The position numbers and the translations under genes were made by a program. Shown here piece after piece: positions 7,275 to 15,129 of a stretch of DNA of 17,813 nt. Numbering within the stretch: the first letter of the stretch is position 1; every line of letters begins with the position of its first letter. Origin of the DNA: a virus; the UHGV virus genome UHGV-0388612; one strand, 5' to 3'. Under the pieces are notes generated by a model that made no database searches, was not told where the DNA came from, and saw only the letters and a program-made list of their open reading frames with translations.

Positions 7275-8170
7275 AACCCAGCACCTCCATCCGTCTGAAC
7301 CTCGGGGTCAGCCATGAGAAGCACGTTCATGTTCTGGCTAGAAACGTCCTTGTTCATGTCGCACCAAACCTCAAGCCCATACTTGCGGTTAATCTGCCTG
7401 CACGCTTCGCGTCTGCAATTCAGGCGAATAAGGCGGTTCGCTTCAATCTGACCGTTGTTCGCTTCAACCTCGGCGCTCTGAACTCGCTCCGCTTTGCTGA
7501 TGTTCGTGTTCTCGATGCCGAAGTACGTCATAATCTCTGCCCAAACCGTCTGCTTTGCTTTGAGCAGTTCGGGCGTGATGAACGGCGCACCAGAACTAAG
7601 GTAGGTAATCTGCGATGGGTCGAACATTCCGTCAGCGCCCACGATGATAGGCTCGTTGCCCACATACTGCTTCATAAGGTTCTGAATGGTCAACCGCTGC
7701 GATTCAGGGACAACCGCGAATATTGGCATCTTCTGGCTCATAAGGTTCACGTCCACGGTTCTGTCAATGTCCGCAAGCCTACGCGCGTAGATTCGCATTG
7801 CGTTAATGTCTGGTCTGCGCAGATAGTTGTTCCAGATGGGTACACATTCGGTAGACTTCAACCGACGATGAAAGCCGTTAGTGCCGTATGCGATATACGC
7901 AAGCGGATTCTGGTACATGTTAATCTGCCCAGACGGTGCGCCCATCGTAGAGAAATAAGCATCGTACTCGTCATCCCAGAAAAACACGCTCATTCCGCGA
8001 TTGAAAAGTGTCAGTTCGAGAAAGCGCTGGTCAATCTCCGTCGGCAATCCCTCCCAACGGTATATCGCGCAAGCCATCTGCTCCAACATTTCATAGTACA
8101 TGCGGTACTGCAAGTTGTTCATTTCAGCAGACTGCCACGTGTTGCGCTTGCCCTTGCGATTCCTTCCCAT
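7271..8170 (-). CDS. head-tail connector / portal (phi29 gp10 family)
   Basis: Recognisable blocks against phi29 gp10: RREACRQINRKYGLEV versus REEACEKINELYGLNV, and GNEPIIV versus GNAPVIF. The N-terminal MGRNRKGKRNTWQS versus MARKRSNTYRS is also similar. SD GAAGGGGGTG precedes the ATG at 8168-8170, which overlaps the gp9 stop (TGATG). Confidence 0.9.
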   Translation of the reverse strand: MGRNRKGKRNTWQSAEMNNLQYRMYYEMLEQMACAIYRWEGLPTEIDQRFLELTLFNRGMSVFFWDDEYDAYFSTMGAPSGQINMYQNPLAYIAYGTNGFHRRLKSTECVPIWNNYLRRPDINAMRIYARRLADIDRTVDVNLMSQKMPIFAVVPESQRLTIQNLMKQYVGNEPIIVGADGMFDPSQITYLSSGAPFITPELLKAKQTVWAEIMTYFGIENTNISKAERVQSAEVEANNGQIEANRLIRLNCRREACRQINRKYGLEVWCDMNKDVSSQNMNVLLMADPEVQTDGGAGL

Positions 8171-10347
8171 CAGTAACGCACCCCCTTCACAGGCTCGTTG
8201 TCGGCTAGGTCAATCTTGTACATTTTATCAGGGTCGCTCCAAACTGTCACGCCCTTTTCAAAAATGCCCCTGATGCTCTCCTTGAACAGTTCGGGAACCT
8301 CGCTTGTCGAAAGCGAAACGCTCTGCATCTTCCAATACGTGAAGTTCTCCATGCACTTCAAGTCGGCGGGCGGCACAATCCAACGGTTCACGTAGTAGCC
8401 GTAGCGCAGCCAGAAATCGCCAACCTGACGCAGGAAGTTCAGCTTCAACCTCTTGAACTTCAACCGCACGCCCATGTACCCCTTGCAGAAGTTGAACGCA
8501 TCGCCGCCGTTCTGTCCCGAAGTGGACGGCTGCGTGAGCCGCGCATCCTGAACCTTTGCCTGAATACCCTGAATAGCCGTCTCGTAGTCCCCGTTCGCGG
8601 CGTACACGGCATAGTCATAGTTCGTGTCCCTCATGTACCCCTGCAAGCCGATGTTGTTCTGCGTGGTCGCGGTAGCCGCGCCAACCTGCGTCGCGGTAGT
8701 CCTGTTAATCCAGTCGGCGTTCAGCGCGGTGTTCGCACCAGCGAGCGCCATGTTGGCAACGTCCGCGGCGGCACCGCCGAAGTTGCCAGATGCAAGGCTG
8801 CCAACAGCGCCAACGCCAGACGAAATCATGGACGAAGCGCCGTTCCACAGGTTCTTCTCCTGCGATATTCCGCTCAATGCCCAGTTCGCCTGATTGGCTA
8901 CCTGCTGGTTCGCCCATGCGTTCTGCATGTTCGCCCCGCTCTGGTTGAACGAAAGCTGCGCTGCCGTAAGCGACTTCTGCTGTGACCAATCTGCTGCGGC
9001 GAACTGGTACGCAAGCCTGTTTCGGTTCGATGCCATATAATATATGTACTGATTGTTCACAAGCGAGAACTGCGGAAAGTTGCTGAACTGAATGGCTATG
9101 TCCAAACCCTCTTGGTTGGACTCCGAATGCGGGAACGATTCGCCGCTAGGAAGATAGTAGTCAGCATCAACGCTGCCGCCAACCCCGTTGGCTGTGTTGT
9201 ACCCCGTCACATACGAATAGCCTCGAATGTCGGGAGGTGACACAACCGTCTCCGTGACAATAAGTATGCTGTCCTGACCTTGGTACGAGTTAATCTGCAA
9301 GCATTCGGGCTTCAGCACAATCTCGCCGCCGTTGTACGCCGTCATTTCAATAACGCAGTACGGTGACGTGTAGAACTTCAAAAGGTTCTTGTACCGCTCG
9401 GGAATATGGAACATGTCCATAACGTGCATCAGGTGCAACGATGTGATGTTCTCGGCTGGTGTTTCTGGCATACGAAGCATAGGGATTCCCGCAACGGTCG
9501 TTTCCGTGGCGTTCTGAACGAAACGTGCAGGAACCACCGTAACCATGCTGATGCACTGCGAAACCCACGGCGCATCTTGCAGCTTCTTCATCAACTCCAA
9601 GAAGTTCCCGCTGTTGCAAGCGTACACCGCCGAACCAGACGGCATACCGTCGTTGACGGAACCAGTAGCCGTTTTGAGCGTCGGGTTTGACACGCTGCCG
9701 AACCCAGCAGTTAAATCAGCGGTGCACATGATAACGATGTACGGCGGTTCATTGAGAAAGTTGTCGATTGCGAGGTCTGTAATCTCGTACTCGTCACCTA
9801 TGTTCAAACCCTCCGCATCTGTCATGTACTCCGAAAGGTTGTAGATGGTGCTGTTCTCGTTGGCGATTCCGATGTGACCCTTGTTCACGTAGCAAAGGTC
9901 GAAGCTGATTCTGTCGTAGTATGTCATCCACACGTCAAGCTGCACATTCACCTGCGTGGTGTTCGGCGCTATGTACTTCGCGTCGTTCACGAAGTAGTAG
10001 AAAACGTCTGGCTGTCTGCCGCCAGACGGAGGTACGGGTTGCAGCGGGTTCTTCACAACCATGTAGTTGCAACGTGTAACCATGTCAAAGGGCGCGTTCA
10101 CGCGGATAGGCTCGCCGTATCGAAGATATACAAGCCCGTTCAGCGTGAACGCATACCCGTCAACGGAGCGGGACGCGAAATAAGCGTCCCGCTCCTTGTC
10201 GGAATCAAAGCGCACCACGTCACGGTACGAAGAATCCCACGGCACGTTGCACATGAGAATAGACGTGTTCGGTGTCCATACCGAATAGTTAAACCTATTC
10301 TCGTACTCATAGATGTTCTCTGGCAACCCAGGGAAATCTTGTGCCAT
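8170..10347 (-). CDS. tail knob / distal tube protein (phi29 gp9 family)
   Basis: N-terminal and C-terminal blocks resemble phi29 gp9 (GYYVNRW versus GYKINRV, GVTVWSDPD versus GITLWHTDN). There is an internal Gly/Ala/Ser-rich flexible loop (SSMISSGVGAVGSLASGNFGGAAADVANMALAGANT) like the gp9 membrane-active loop. SD AAGGAG is 6 nt upstream. Confidence 0.85.
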   Translation of the reverse strand: MAQDFPGLPENIYEYENRFNYSVWTPNTSILMCNVPWDSSYRDVVRFDSDKERDAYFASRSVDGYAFTLNGLVYLRYGEPIRVNAPFDMVTRCNYMVVKNPLQPVPPSGGRQPDVFYYFVNDAKYIAPNTTQVNVQLDVWMTYYDRISFDLCYVNKGHIGIANENSTIYNLSEYMTDAEGLNIGDEYEITDLAIDNFLNEPPYIVIMCTADLTAGFGSVSNPTLKTATGSVNDGMPSGSAVYACNSGNFLELMKKLQDAPWVSQCISMVTVVPARFVQNATETTVAGIPMLRMPETPAENITSLHLMHVMDMFHIPERYKNLLKFYTSPYCVIEMTAYNGGEIVLKPECLQINSYQGQDSILIVTETVVSPPDIRGYSYVTGYNTANGVGGSVDADYYLPSGESFPHSESNQEGLDIAIQFSNFPQFSLVNNQYIYYMASNRNRLAYQFAAADWSQQKSLTAAQLSFNQSGANMQNAWANQQVANQANWALSGISQEKNLWNGASSMISSGVGAVGSLASGNFGGAAADVANMALAGANTALNADWINRTTATQVGAATATTQNNIGLQGYMRDTNYDYAVYAANGDYETAIQGIQAKVQDARLTQPSTSGQNGGDAFNFCKGYMGVRLKFKRLKLNFLRQVGDFWLRYGYYVNRWIVPPADLKCMENFTYWKMQSVSLSTSEVPELFKESIRGIFEKGVTVWSDPDKMYKIDLADNEPVKGVRY

Positions 10348-10357
10348 GACTTACTCC

Positions 10358-11803
10358 TTAGCCTGCGGACGTGTACGCCTTGTCAATGCCGATAATCAAA
10401 TCCTTGTGCTGGTACACCTGCGAACCCATCGCAACGGTCGGGTCAATGTAAGTGCTGGTCGCAGTAACGGTAACGTTCTCCGCAATCTCGTCCTCGGCAA
10501 CGTGAAGAACGCCCTCGGCATCCACGAACGTGCCCAGCTTCAACCGAACGCCGCCGCTCTCAACACCCGTGTTGTTCGCGGTGATTGCGAACGTGCAGCC
10601 CTGCGGAACCGTGTACCCCTCCGTCTCGGGCGTTACGGTGCCCTGAACCGTGGCGATAAGGCGCGTCTTTCCACCGCGCTCTGCGTAAGTGGGTTTCACT
10701 CCGTCAACCTCCGCATAGTCGAGCGTAACACCAGTTGCCTTAATGGCGGGAACAGTCACGCTGGTGCCAGCTTCCGTGGTGAACATGACTGCGTTCACGA
10801 AACGGGACACGGAATAGATGCCGTGGTGATGCAGCCAGTAGTTCCACGAAATCGCCTTGGGATTGCGGATGCTCTCGAAGTCGATAAGCGTGTCCGCACA
10901 CATGAAGAAATCGCGGTCGCACAGAATGGCTTGGCAACCGTCGATGCCGAAATCGTCAATCTCGATAACGCGCATCTTGAAGTCGGCTGCGGATGCGTTG
11001 AACGCGAACGCGATAACGTTAACGTCGAGCATAGCCACGAACTCGGGAGTTGCGAACAGAACAAGGTCGTTGTTGTTCGTGAACGTCGGCGCACCTGCGG
11101 CGTTGTACTGTCCAGAAAGAAAGCGCATCTTGCCCGCCATCGAGCGCACGGCTTCCGTAATCGCCATAGCATCGTCCTGCTTCTCCGAACGGGTTGCAGC
11201 AGCCGACGCATCGGGAACCTGCACCTTGTAGAAGCCGTCGATTCGCGCGTACTCTGCGAAAAGGTTGCGCATGATAAGGTACTCGTCCCAGTAGTCGGAC
11301 GTGTACGGCGTTTCCATGATGCGCCCCACGAGGTCTTGCAGCCCGTAGTCGGTCAAGAACGCACGACGCAGAAGCATGTCGTTGATGGTCAACTCGTAGT
11401 AGTCCTGACGGTTGATGCTGTGAAAGTTGCTCATAACGTCGGGCGCGTGGCAAGCGAACACGTCATCATAGCACTTGTTCGGATCGTAGCGCTTAGCCTG
11501 AATCAGCGTGGTGGCAAGTTCCTCGATAGTCTCGCCGTACTGCATCATGCCGCGCTTGAACTGCGCGAGCGGGTTAGTCCAAACCTTGCTCTTGATGACG
11601 ACGTCTCCGATGCGGTTCACAAGCGCGTCGATGAACTCGTTCATCATAGGGCGGTATTCGAGCAGGTTGTTCACCGTCTCGGTAATGTCACCCTGCGTCG
11701 CAGCAGGAATGCGCTGCTGGTACGCGAACGAAGCATCGGTGCGAATCGCGTTCAAAATCTGCGCGTTCGTCGCGTTCAGCGTCTTGATAGTCTTAGTTGC
11801 CAT
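10358..11803 (-). CDS. major capsid protein (phi29 gp8 family, HK97-like with C-terminal Ig-like domain)
   Basis: Blocks LVNRIGDVVI versus LVDRIGLVVI, and RNPKAISWNYWLHHHGIYSVSRFVNAVMF versus [29 protein letters not shown]. The start is the ATG at 11801-11803 (MATKTIKTLNATNAQILNAIR, compare phi29 ...SYDIVNAIR) with SD AAGGAGGA 8 nt upstream. The track start at 11893 is an upstream GTG/ATG extension without an SD. Confidence 0.9.
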   Translation of the reverse strand: MATKTIKTLNATNAQILNAIRTDASFAYQQRIPAATQGDITETVNNLLEYRPMMNEFIDALVNRIGDVVIKSKVWTNPLAQFKRGMMQYGETIEELATTLIQAKRYDPNKCYDDVFACHAPDVMSNFHSINRQDYYELTINDMLLRRAFLTDYGLQDLVGRIMETPYTSDYWDEYLIMRNLFAEYARIDGFYKVQVPDASAAATRSEKQDDAMAITEAVRSMAGKMRFLSGQYNAAGAPTFTNNNDLVLFATPEFVAMLDVNVIAFAFNASAADFKMRVIEIDDFGIDGCQAILCDRDFFMCADTLIDFESIRNPKAISWNYWLHHHGIYSVSRFVNAVMFTTEAGTSVTVPAIKATGVTLDYAEVDGVKPTYAERGGKTRLIATVQGTVTPETEGYTVPQGCTFAITANNTGVESGGVRLKLGTFVDAEGVLHVAEDEIAENVTVTATSTYIDPTVAMGSQVYQHKDLIIGIDKAYTSAG

Positions 11804-12134
11804 TGTTGCTGTCCTCCTTGTCATCGGTGAAAAGGTTGTCGATGTGGTACACGGTGCCGTCATCGTCCACGTCCTCAACGACAACACCGTCACCGTCGTT
11901 GTCGGCGGGAATCTGCATCAGCAGGTCATAGTTGCGAGCCTTCAAACTCTGAATGTCAGCCTTCATGGCTTCCTCGTTCGACGCATACTCGCTCATGCGG
12001 GCTTCCGCAGAACTTCGGTACTCGTCGGCATCCGCTCCCCGCTTAGCCATGTCCGTGAGGAACGTCTCTGCGGTCGCGTACTCGCCATCCTCCATCCTCT
12101 CACGGAGCCAAGCGAGCAAATCCTCTAGGTTCAT
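11793..12134 (-). CDS. scaffolding protein (phi29 gp7 position; 113 aa, acidic, helical)
   Basis: ATG at 12132-12134 (MNLEDLLAWLRERMEDGEY...) with SD GGAAGGAGAAG. It overlaps the MCP start by 11 nt. Composition and position match gp7. The longer track ORF (to 12215) runs into the structured non-coding region. Confidence 0.6.
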   Translation of the reverse strand: MNLEDLLAWLRERMEDGEYATAETFLTDMAKRGADADEYRSSAEARMSEYASNEEAMKADIQSLKARNYDLLMQIPADNDGDGVVVEDVDDDGTVYHIDNLFTDDKEDSNNGN

Positions 12135-12146
12135 GTTCTTCTCCTT

Positions 12147-12192
12147 CCAACAAAATAGCCCCCGCCATCTGGTTGTGACCGTGGCGAGGGCT
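12147..12192 (-). terminator. intrinsic-terminator-like hairpin immediately upstream of the scaffold gene RBS
   Basis: Minus strand: AGCCCUCGCCA (12192..12182), a 14-nt loop, UGGCGGGGGCU (12167..12157). This is an 11-bp stem with one G-U pair, followed by CUAUUUUGUUGG. Confidence 0.5.
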
Positions 12193-12317
12193 GACTGTGC
12201 TGGTGATATTGCCATTCCCGAAACGCCGCCGCTGCTAATGCGGCTCGCACTCGTGCGGGCGGTATCACCCGTAGCAACCCCGCATCGGTCATCGTCCAGA
12301 CGGATTGGGTATCACCA
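12147..12317 (-). ncRNA. candidate about 170-nt structured non-coding RNA (pRNA-like packaging RNA, or an attenuator leader)
   Basis: A promoter TTGACA-17-TATGTT lies immediately upstream and an intrinsic terminator lies at the 3' end. The sequence is GC-rich with multiple nested inverted repeats: GGUGAUA (12316..12310) pairs with UAUCACC (about 12209..12203); CGCC...GGCG encloses two hairpins, CGCA-CGAG-UGCG and GCCGC-AUUAGCA-GCGGC. No ORF is supported in this stretch. The length is close to the 174-nt phi29 pRNA. Confidence 0.3.
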
Positions 12318-12322
12318 TAGCC

Positions 12323-12351
12323 AACATAACCCACTTCGCAAGCACTGTCAA
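12323..12351 (-). promoter_or_regulatory. sigma-A-like promoter TTGACA(12351..12346)-17 nt-TATGTT(12328..12323)
   Basis: Read from the sequence. The -35 overlaps the RHH gene stop codon. It is oriented toward the structured region and the late genes. Confidence 0.45.
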
Positions 12352-12515
12352 GCACTCGCGTTCATTTTCACCAGATCAATCGAATCGGAGTAGGCGTTCA
12401 AAAACTGCGAGATTGCGACGCGCACCAGATACGATATGGGCAGGTTCTCCCTCTCGCCAATCTCCTTCAACTGCTCGTACATGGATTCGTCAATCCTGAA
12501 ACTGCGCTCAATCAT
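12348..12515 (-). CDS. ribbon-helix-helix (Arc/MetJ/CopG-like) DNA-binding protein, 55 aa
   Basis: Not in the ORF track because it is under 60 aa. The ATG at 12513-12515 has a perfect SD AGGAGGT 6 nt upstream and lies 12 nt after the DNAP stop. The sequence is MIERSFRIDESMYEQLKEIGERENLPISYLVRVAISQFLNAYSDSIDLVKMNASA. It has an N-terminal beta-strand with alternating residues (RSFRID), then two helices, the RHH signature. Confidence 0.6.
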   Translation of the reverse strand: MIERSFRIDESMYEQLKEIGERENLPISYLVRVAISQFLNAYSDSIDLVKMNASA

Positions 12516-12529
12516 TGCTGTACCTCCTA

Positions 12530-14242
12530 TCAGGTGAGCGTGAACGTTATGGGTTCGAGCACTATACCACCCCTAACGTGCCTTGGCTTCAACTTCCCGT
12601 GAAGCTGCAAGCCCCTCTTGAAACTGTCGAACGTCACCATGCGCTTCAACTCCTCTGGCATACCGGCGCACTTAACGTCATCGAACGGCTGAACGTCAAC
12701 CATCCTGTATTCGCCATCAACCATCTTGCCAACCTGATATATTCTCTCCATGTACGTCTTAGCCCTGATATATTTAGCCATGCTGAAATTGCTCTCATGC
12801 TTCCACGCGCCCAAACGTGTAGGATGCACCTCCAAACCCTCGGGAATGTCTGTGCCGCAAATGTGTATGCTGTCCGTGTCACAGTACATGAACCTATCGT
12901 ATACGCTTTGCGCTGCATTGATGGTCTTGTACCTAGCCCATGCGGTAATAAAGCAACCCATAGGCGTGTACACGGGGTCGCGCGTCTCTTTCTCTCCCAA
13001 TCTGTACCCAACTGAACCGTCCTCTTTCAAGTAAGGCAGTTTCGGCGTAACGTCGGGGTTCGTGGCGAACTTGCCATAAAGTGAGTTCAACATGAGCTTC
13101 GCAAGCTGTCGCAAACCGCCCGTGGTAGTTTCTTTAATGTGCATCCAATAGTCTATGTAATCTTTGAACAGCCCAGTGGCTTGCTCGAACATGTACCCGC
13201 CGTTGTACGAAAACACCGTCACGTCGTACTGCTGCATGAGTATTTCCAAGTCTATGTTGGTCAAAGCCAACTCAACTGTTCCCTCCGTGTCATGGATGTA
13301 CTCCGTTTCGGAGAAAAACGGGTTGTTCTTAATCTGCAACGTGGGGAGGTGGTCGGGCTTCAACTTGCAATGGCAGGTGAGGAATTGAATGTACAGGGGA
13401 TATTGGGGGTTGTCCTTGTACTCTCCGTGGAAATATATCGGCTGCCCGATTGGCAACGGTCTGTTGTACATAACGTCGGGGTACAGCGAGTTAACGTCAA
13501 ACGCAGCCCCGTAGCCCTGCAACCTGTCCTCGTGTTCCTCGTCAGCCTGAAACCTAGGGTTCGCGTATGTGTAGCCGCCGCGATACGCCTTGCGTATCAT
13601 CGCGTCCATTTCCAGATGAATCTTAGGGAACCAGTCATCCCACTTCGAGCCTATTATGTCCTTGTACCCGTTGAGCGCGTCGCTTCCGATGGTAAGCCTG
13701 TCAAGCCCCTTGCCGAACTGCTGATGCAGCGCCCTAGCGACGATCTGAACGTCGTTCCTGATGTAGTCTCGTTCCTGCGCTGTCAACTCGTGACCTATGG
13801 GGCGGTACTCCGTATAGTCAATCTCCAACTTGGATATGGGGAGGTCGAAAGCCTTTGCAATCTGCGATACCTTCATGGGGAGTTTCTTCAAGCTGTCTTT
13901 GAATGTGCAGGTTAGCGCTTTCTTCTTGCCCTTCTTCTCAAAGCAAACCTTCATCTGATAGAACTTGCCCATGTTTGATATGAGCGTTTTGAAAGTCTTT
14001 GTCCTCGCCTTTTCGCTGTACTCAAATCCGTTGGTCAGCAGGTACCATATAATGAACTCACAATCGAATGCAGCATTGTGGAAATAATATGTACCGCCGT
14101 GAACCTTGCAGAAATCAAGAAACGTGGCAATGTCCGTTCCATAGCTTAGTGCGTCGGGGTTGTCAATCTCGCACACGCACCACGCCCAAACGCGACAATC
14201 ATTTATATCTATGGTTGTCTCGAAGTCTGCGGCGTACTCCAT
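12530..14242 (-). CDS. protein-primed family B DNA polymerase (phi29 gp2 family)
   Basis: High similarity over the full length to phi29 DNAP. Motifs present: Exo I DFETT; Exo II YFHNAAFDCEFI; Exo III YIRNDVQI; motif A DVNSLYP; motif B KLMLNSLYGKF; motif C YCDTDS; plus YNGGYMFEQATGLFKDYIDYW and PVYTPMGCFITAWARY blocks. Confidence 0.95.
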   Translation of the reverse strand: MEYAADFETTIDINDCRVWAWCVCEIDNPDALSYGTDIATFLDFCKVHGGTYYFHNAAFDCEFIIWYLLTNGFEYSEKARTKTFKTLISNMGKFYQMKVCFEKKGKKKALTCTFKDSLKKLPMKVSQIAKAFDLPISKLEIDYTEYRPIGHELTAQERDYIRNDVQIVARALHQQFGKGLDRLTIGSDALNGYKDIIGSKWDDWFPKIHLEMDAMIRKAYRGGYTYANPRFQADEEHEDRLQGYGAAFDVNSLYPDVMYNRPLPIGQPIYFHGEYKDNPQYPLYIQFLTCHCKLKPDHLPTLQIKNNPFFSETEYIHDTEGTVELALTNIDLEILMQQYDVTVFSYNGGYMFEQATGLFKDYIDYWMHIKETTTGGLRQLAKLMLNSLYGKFATNPDVTPKLPYLKEDGSVGYRLGEKETRDPVYTPMGCFITAWARYKTINAAQSVYDRFMYCDTDSIHICGTDIPEGLEVHPTRLGAWKHESNFSMAKYIRAKTYMERIYQVGKMVDGEYRMVDVQPFDDVKCAGMPEELKRMVTFDSFKRGLQLHGKLKPRHVRGGIVLEPITFTLT

Positions 14243-14244
14243 AG

Positions 14245-15060
14245 CTACCTACGTTTTTTGCTTTTACGCTTGCGTTTTCCGGTCTGCTTCTTGGGGTACT
14301 GGTTCTGAACCTGTTGAATGGTCAGTATCATATGCTCTTTCTGCGCTTCATCGTCCATAGCGTCAGCCTGCGCGCCCATAACGTTATCGCGGTCGGTGTT
14401 TATGTACCTGTAATAAAGGGGGACGAAGTTTGTGAAGTTCTGCAACGCAAACAGTTGTTCGTTGCTCAACTTCCTAATCATGTTGGGTATTCGCGGGTCG
14501 TTGAACGTCGCGGCGTGTTCCAAAAGGTTCTTGCGAAGCTGCGTTATCCGCTTGCGCTGGTACGTCGGGGATAGTTCGCGCTTCAAAATCTGCGATCGCT
14601 TCCGCAAATCCGCTTCGCTGCGTATCTGCTCGGGGAGTAGTTGGCGCTGATAGTCTATGTTGCCGAACGGCAAGCCCTTAACATGAGCCATAGCCGAACG
14701 CATCCCCAATGTTGTATCGCTCTCGCCGTAGGCGGTTAGGAACGGATGCGCGGCGAACTTCTGCCAATATCTGTTATGTTCCCTGTTCCATTGCCTTTCA
14801 AGCCGTTTGTAATCCCTATAAGCCGTGTACGGTATCGGGGTACCGTCGCGCCCCGCGACAAAACGTGTCGAACGTGATATGAACTTTTCCAACTGGTTGG
14901 CGTATGAGTTTAGCACCCTCGTGTTCGACGGGTCAACCGTCCTGAACGGCTCTACGCTGCCCGTCCTTATGCCCTTGTTCTGCAATCTCTTGATTTTGCG
15001 CCGCGCCCTCCGTTCTGCATCCGCAACACGGGCGCGGGCGTTCTCGTTAGCCTTGGTCAT
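14245..15060 (-). CDS. terminal protein (phi29 gp3 position), strongly basic C-terminal tail
   Basis: Immediately upstream of and translationally coupled to the DNAP (stop TAG, then CT, then ATG). SD AAGGAGGTGA is 4 nt upstream of the ATG at 15058-15060. The length is 271 aa (phi29 TP is 266 aa). It is rich in R/K/Q and helical in character. It ends in KKQTGKRKRKSKKRR. Confidence 0.6.
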   Translation of the reverse strand: MTKANENARARVADAERRARRKIKRLQNKGIRTGSVEPFRTVDPSNTRVLNSYANQLEKFISRSTRFVAGRDGTPIPYTAYRDYKRLERQWNREHNRYWQKFAAHPFLTAYGESDTTLGMRSAMAHVKGLPFGNIDYQRQLLPEQIRSEADLRKRSQILKRELSPTYQRKRITQLRKNLLEHAATFNDPRIPNMIRKLSNEQLFALQNFTNFVPLYYRYINTDRDNVMGAQADAMDDEAQKEHMILTIQQVQNQYPKKQTGKRKRKSKKRR

Positions 15061-15073
15061 CGGCTCACCTCCT

Positions 15074-15104
15074 TAACAGAAAGGGCGGGCATTTCGCCCG
15101 CCCT
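15074..15104 (-). terminator. intra-operon hairpin terminator/attenuator between SSB and terminal-protein genes
   Basis: Perfect 9-bp stem AGGGCGGGC / GCCCGCCCT (15082-15104) with a 5-nt loop, followed on the minus strand by UUUCUGUU and then the TP SD. Confidence 0.5.
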
Positions 15105-15129
15105 CGCGTTCCGCTCTGCTTCGGGGTGG

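Noticed and set aside
10313-11830. 505-aa plus-strand ORF
   Set aside because: It is antisense to the well-supported MCP gene. The composition is Arg/Val-rich as expected for a spurious open frame in GC-rich DNA. There is no RBS.
10358-11893. Longer 511-aa version of the MCP ORF
   Set aside because: The 30-codon extension lacks an RBS and has no counterpart in phi29 gp8. The ATG at 11803 has AAGGAGGA and aligns with the gp8 N-terminus.
11793-12215. Longer 140-aa version of the scaffold ORF
   Set aside because: The N-terminal extension has no SD and reads through the terminator hairpin. The internal ATG at 12134 has a strong GGAAGGAG RBS.
12131-12355. 74-aa minus ORF and 146-aa/64-aa plus ORFs across the early/late intergenic region
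   Set aside because: No SD. They traverse the GC-rich hairpin-dense region, which is better explained as structured RNA or regulatory DNA. The composition is Ala/Arg/Gly-rich.
13139-13915. 258-aa plus-strand ORF
   Set aside because: It is antisense to the DNA polymerase gene, whose identity is unambiguous.
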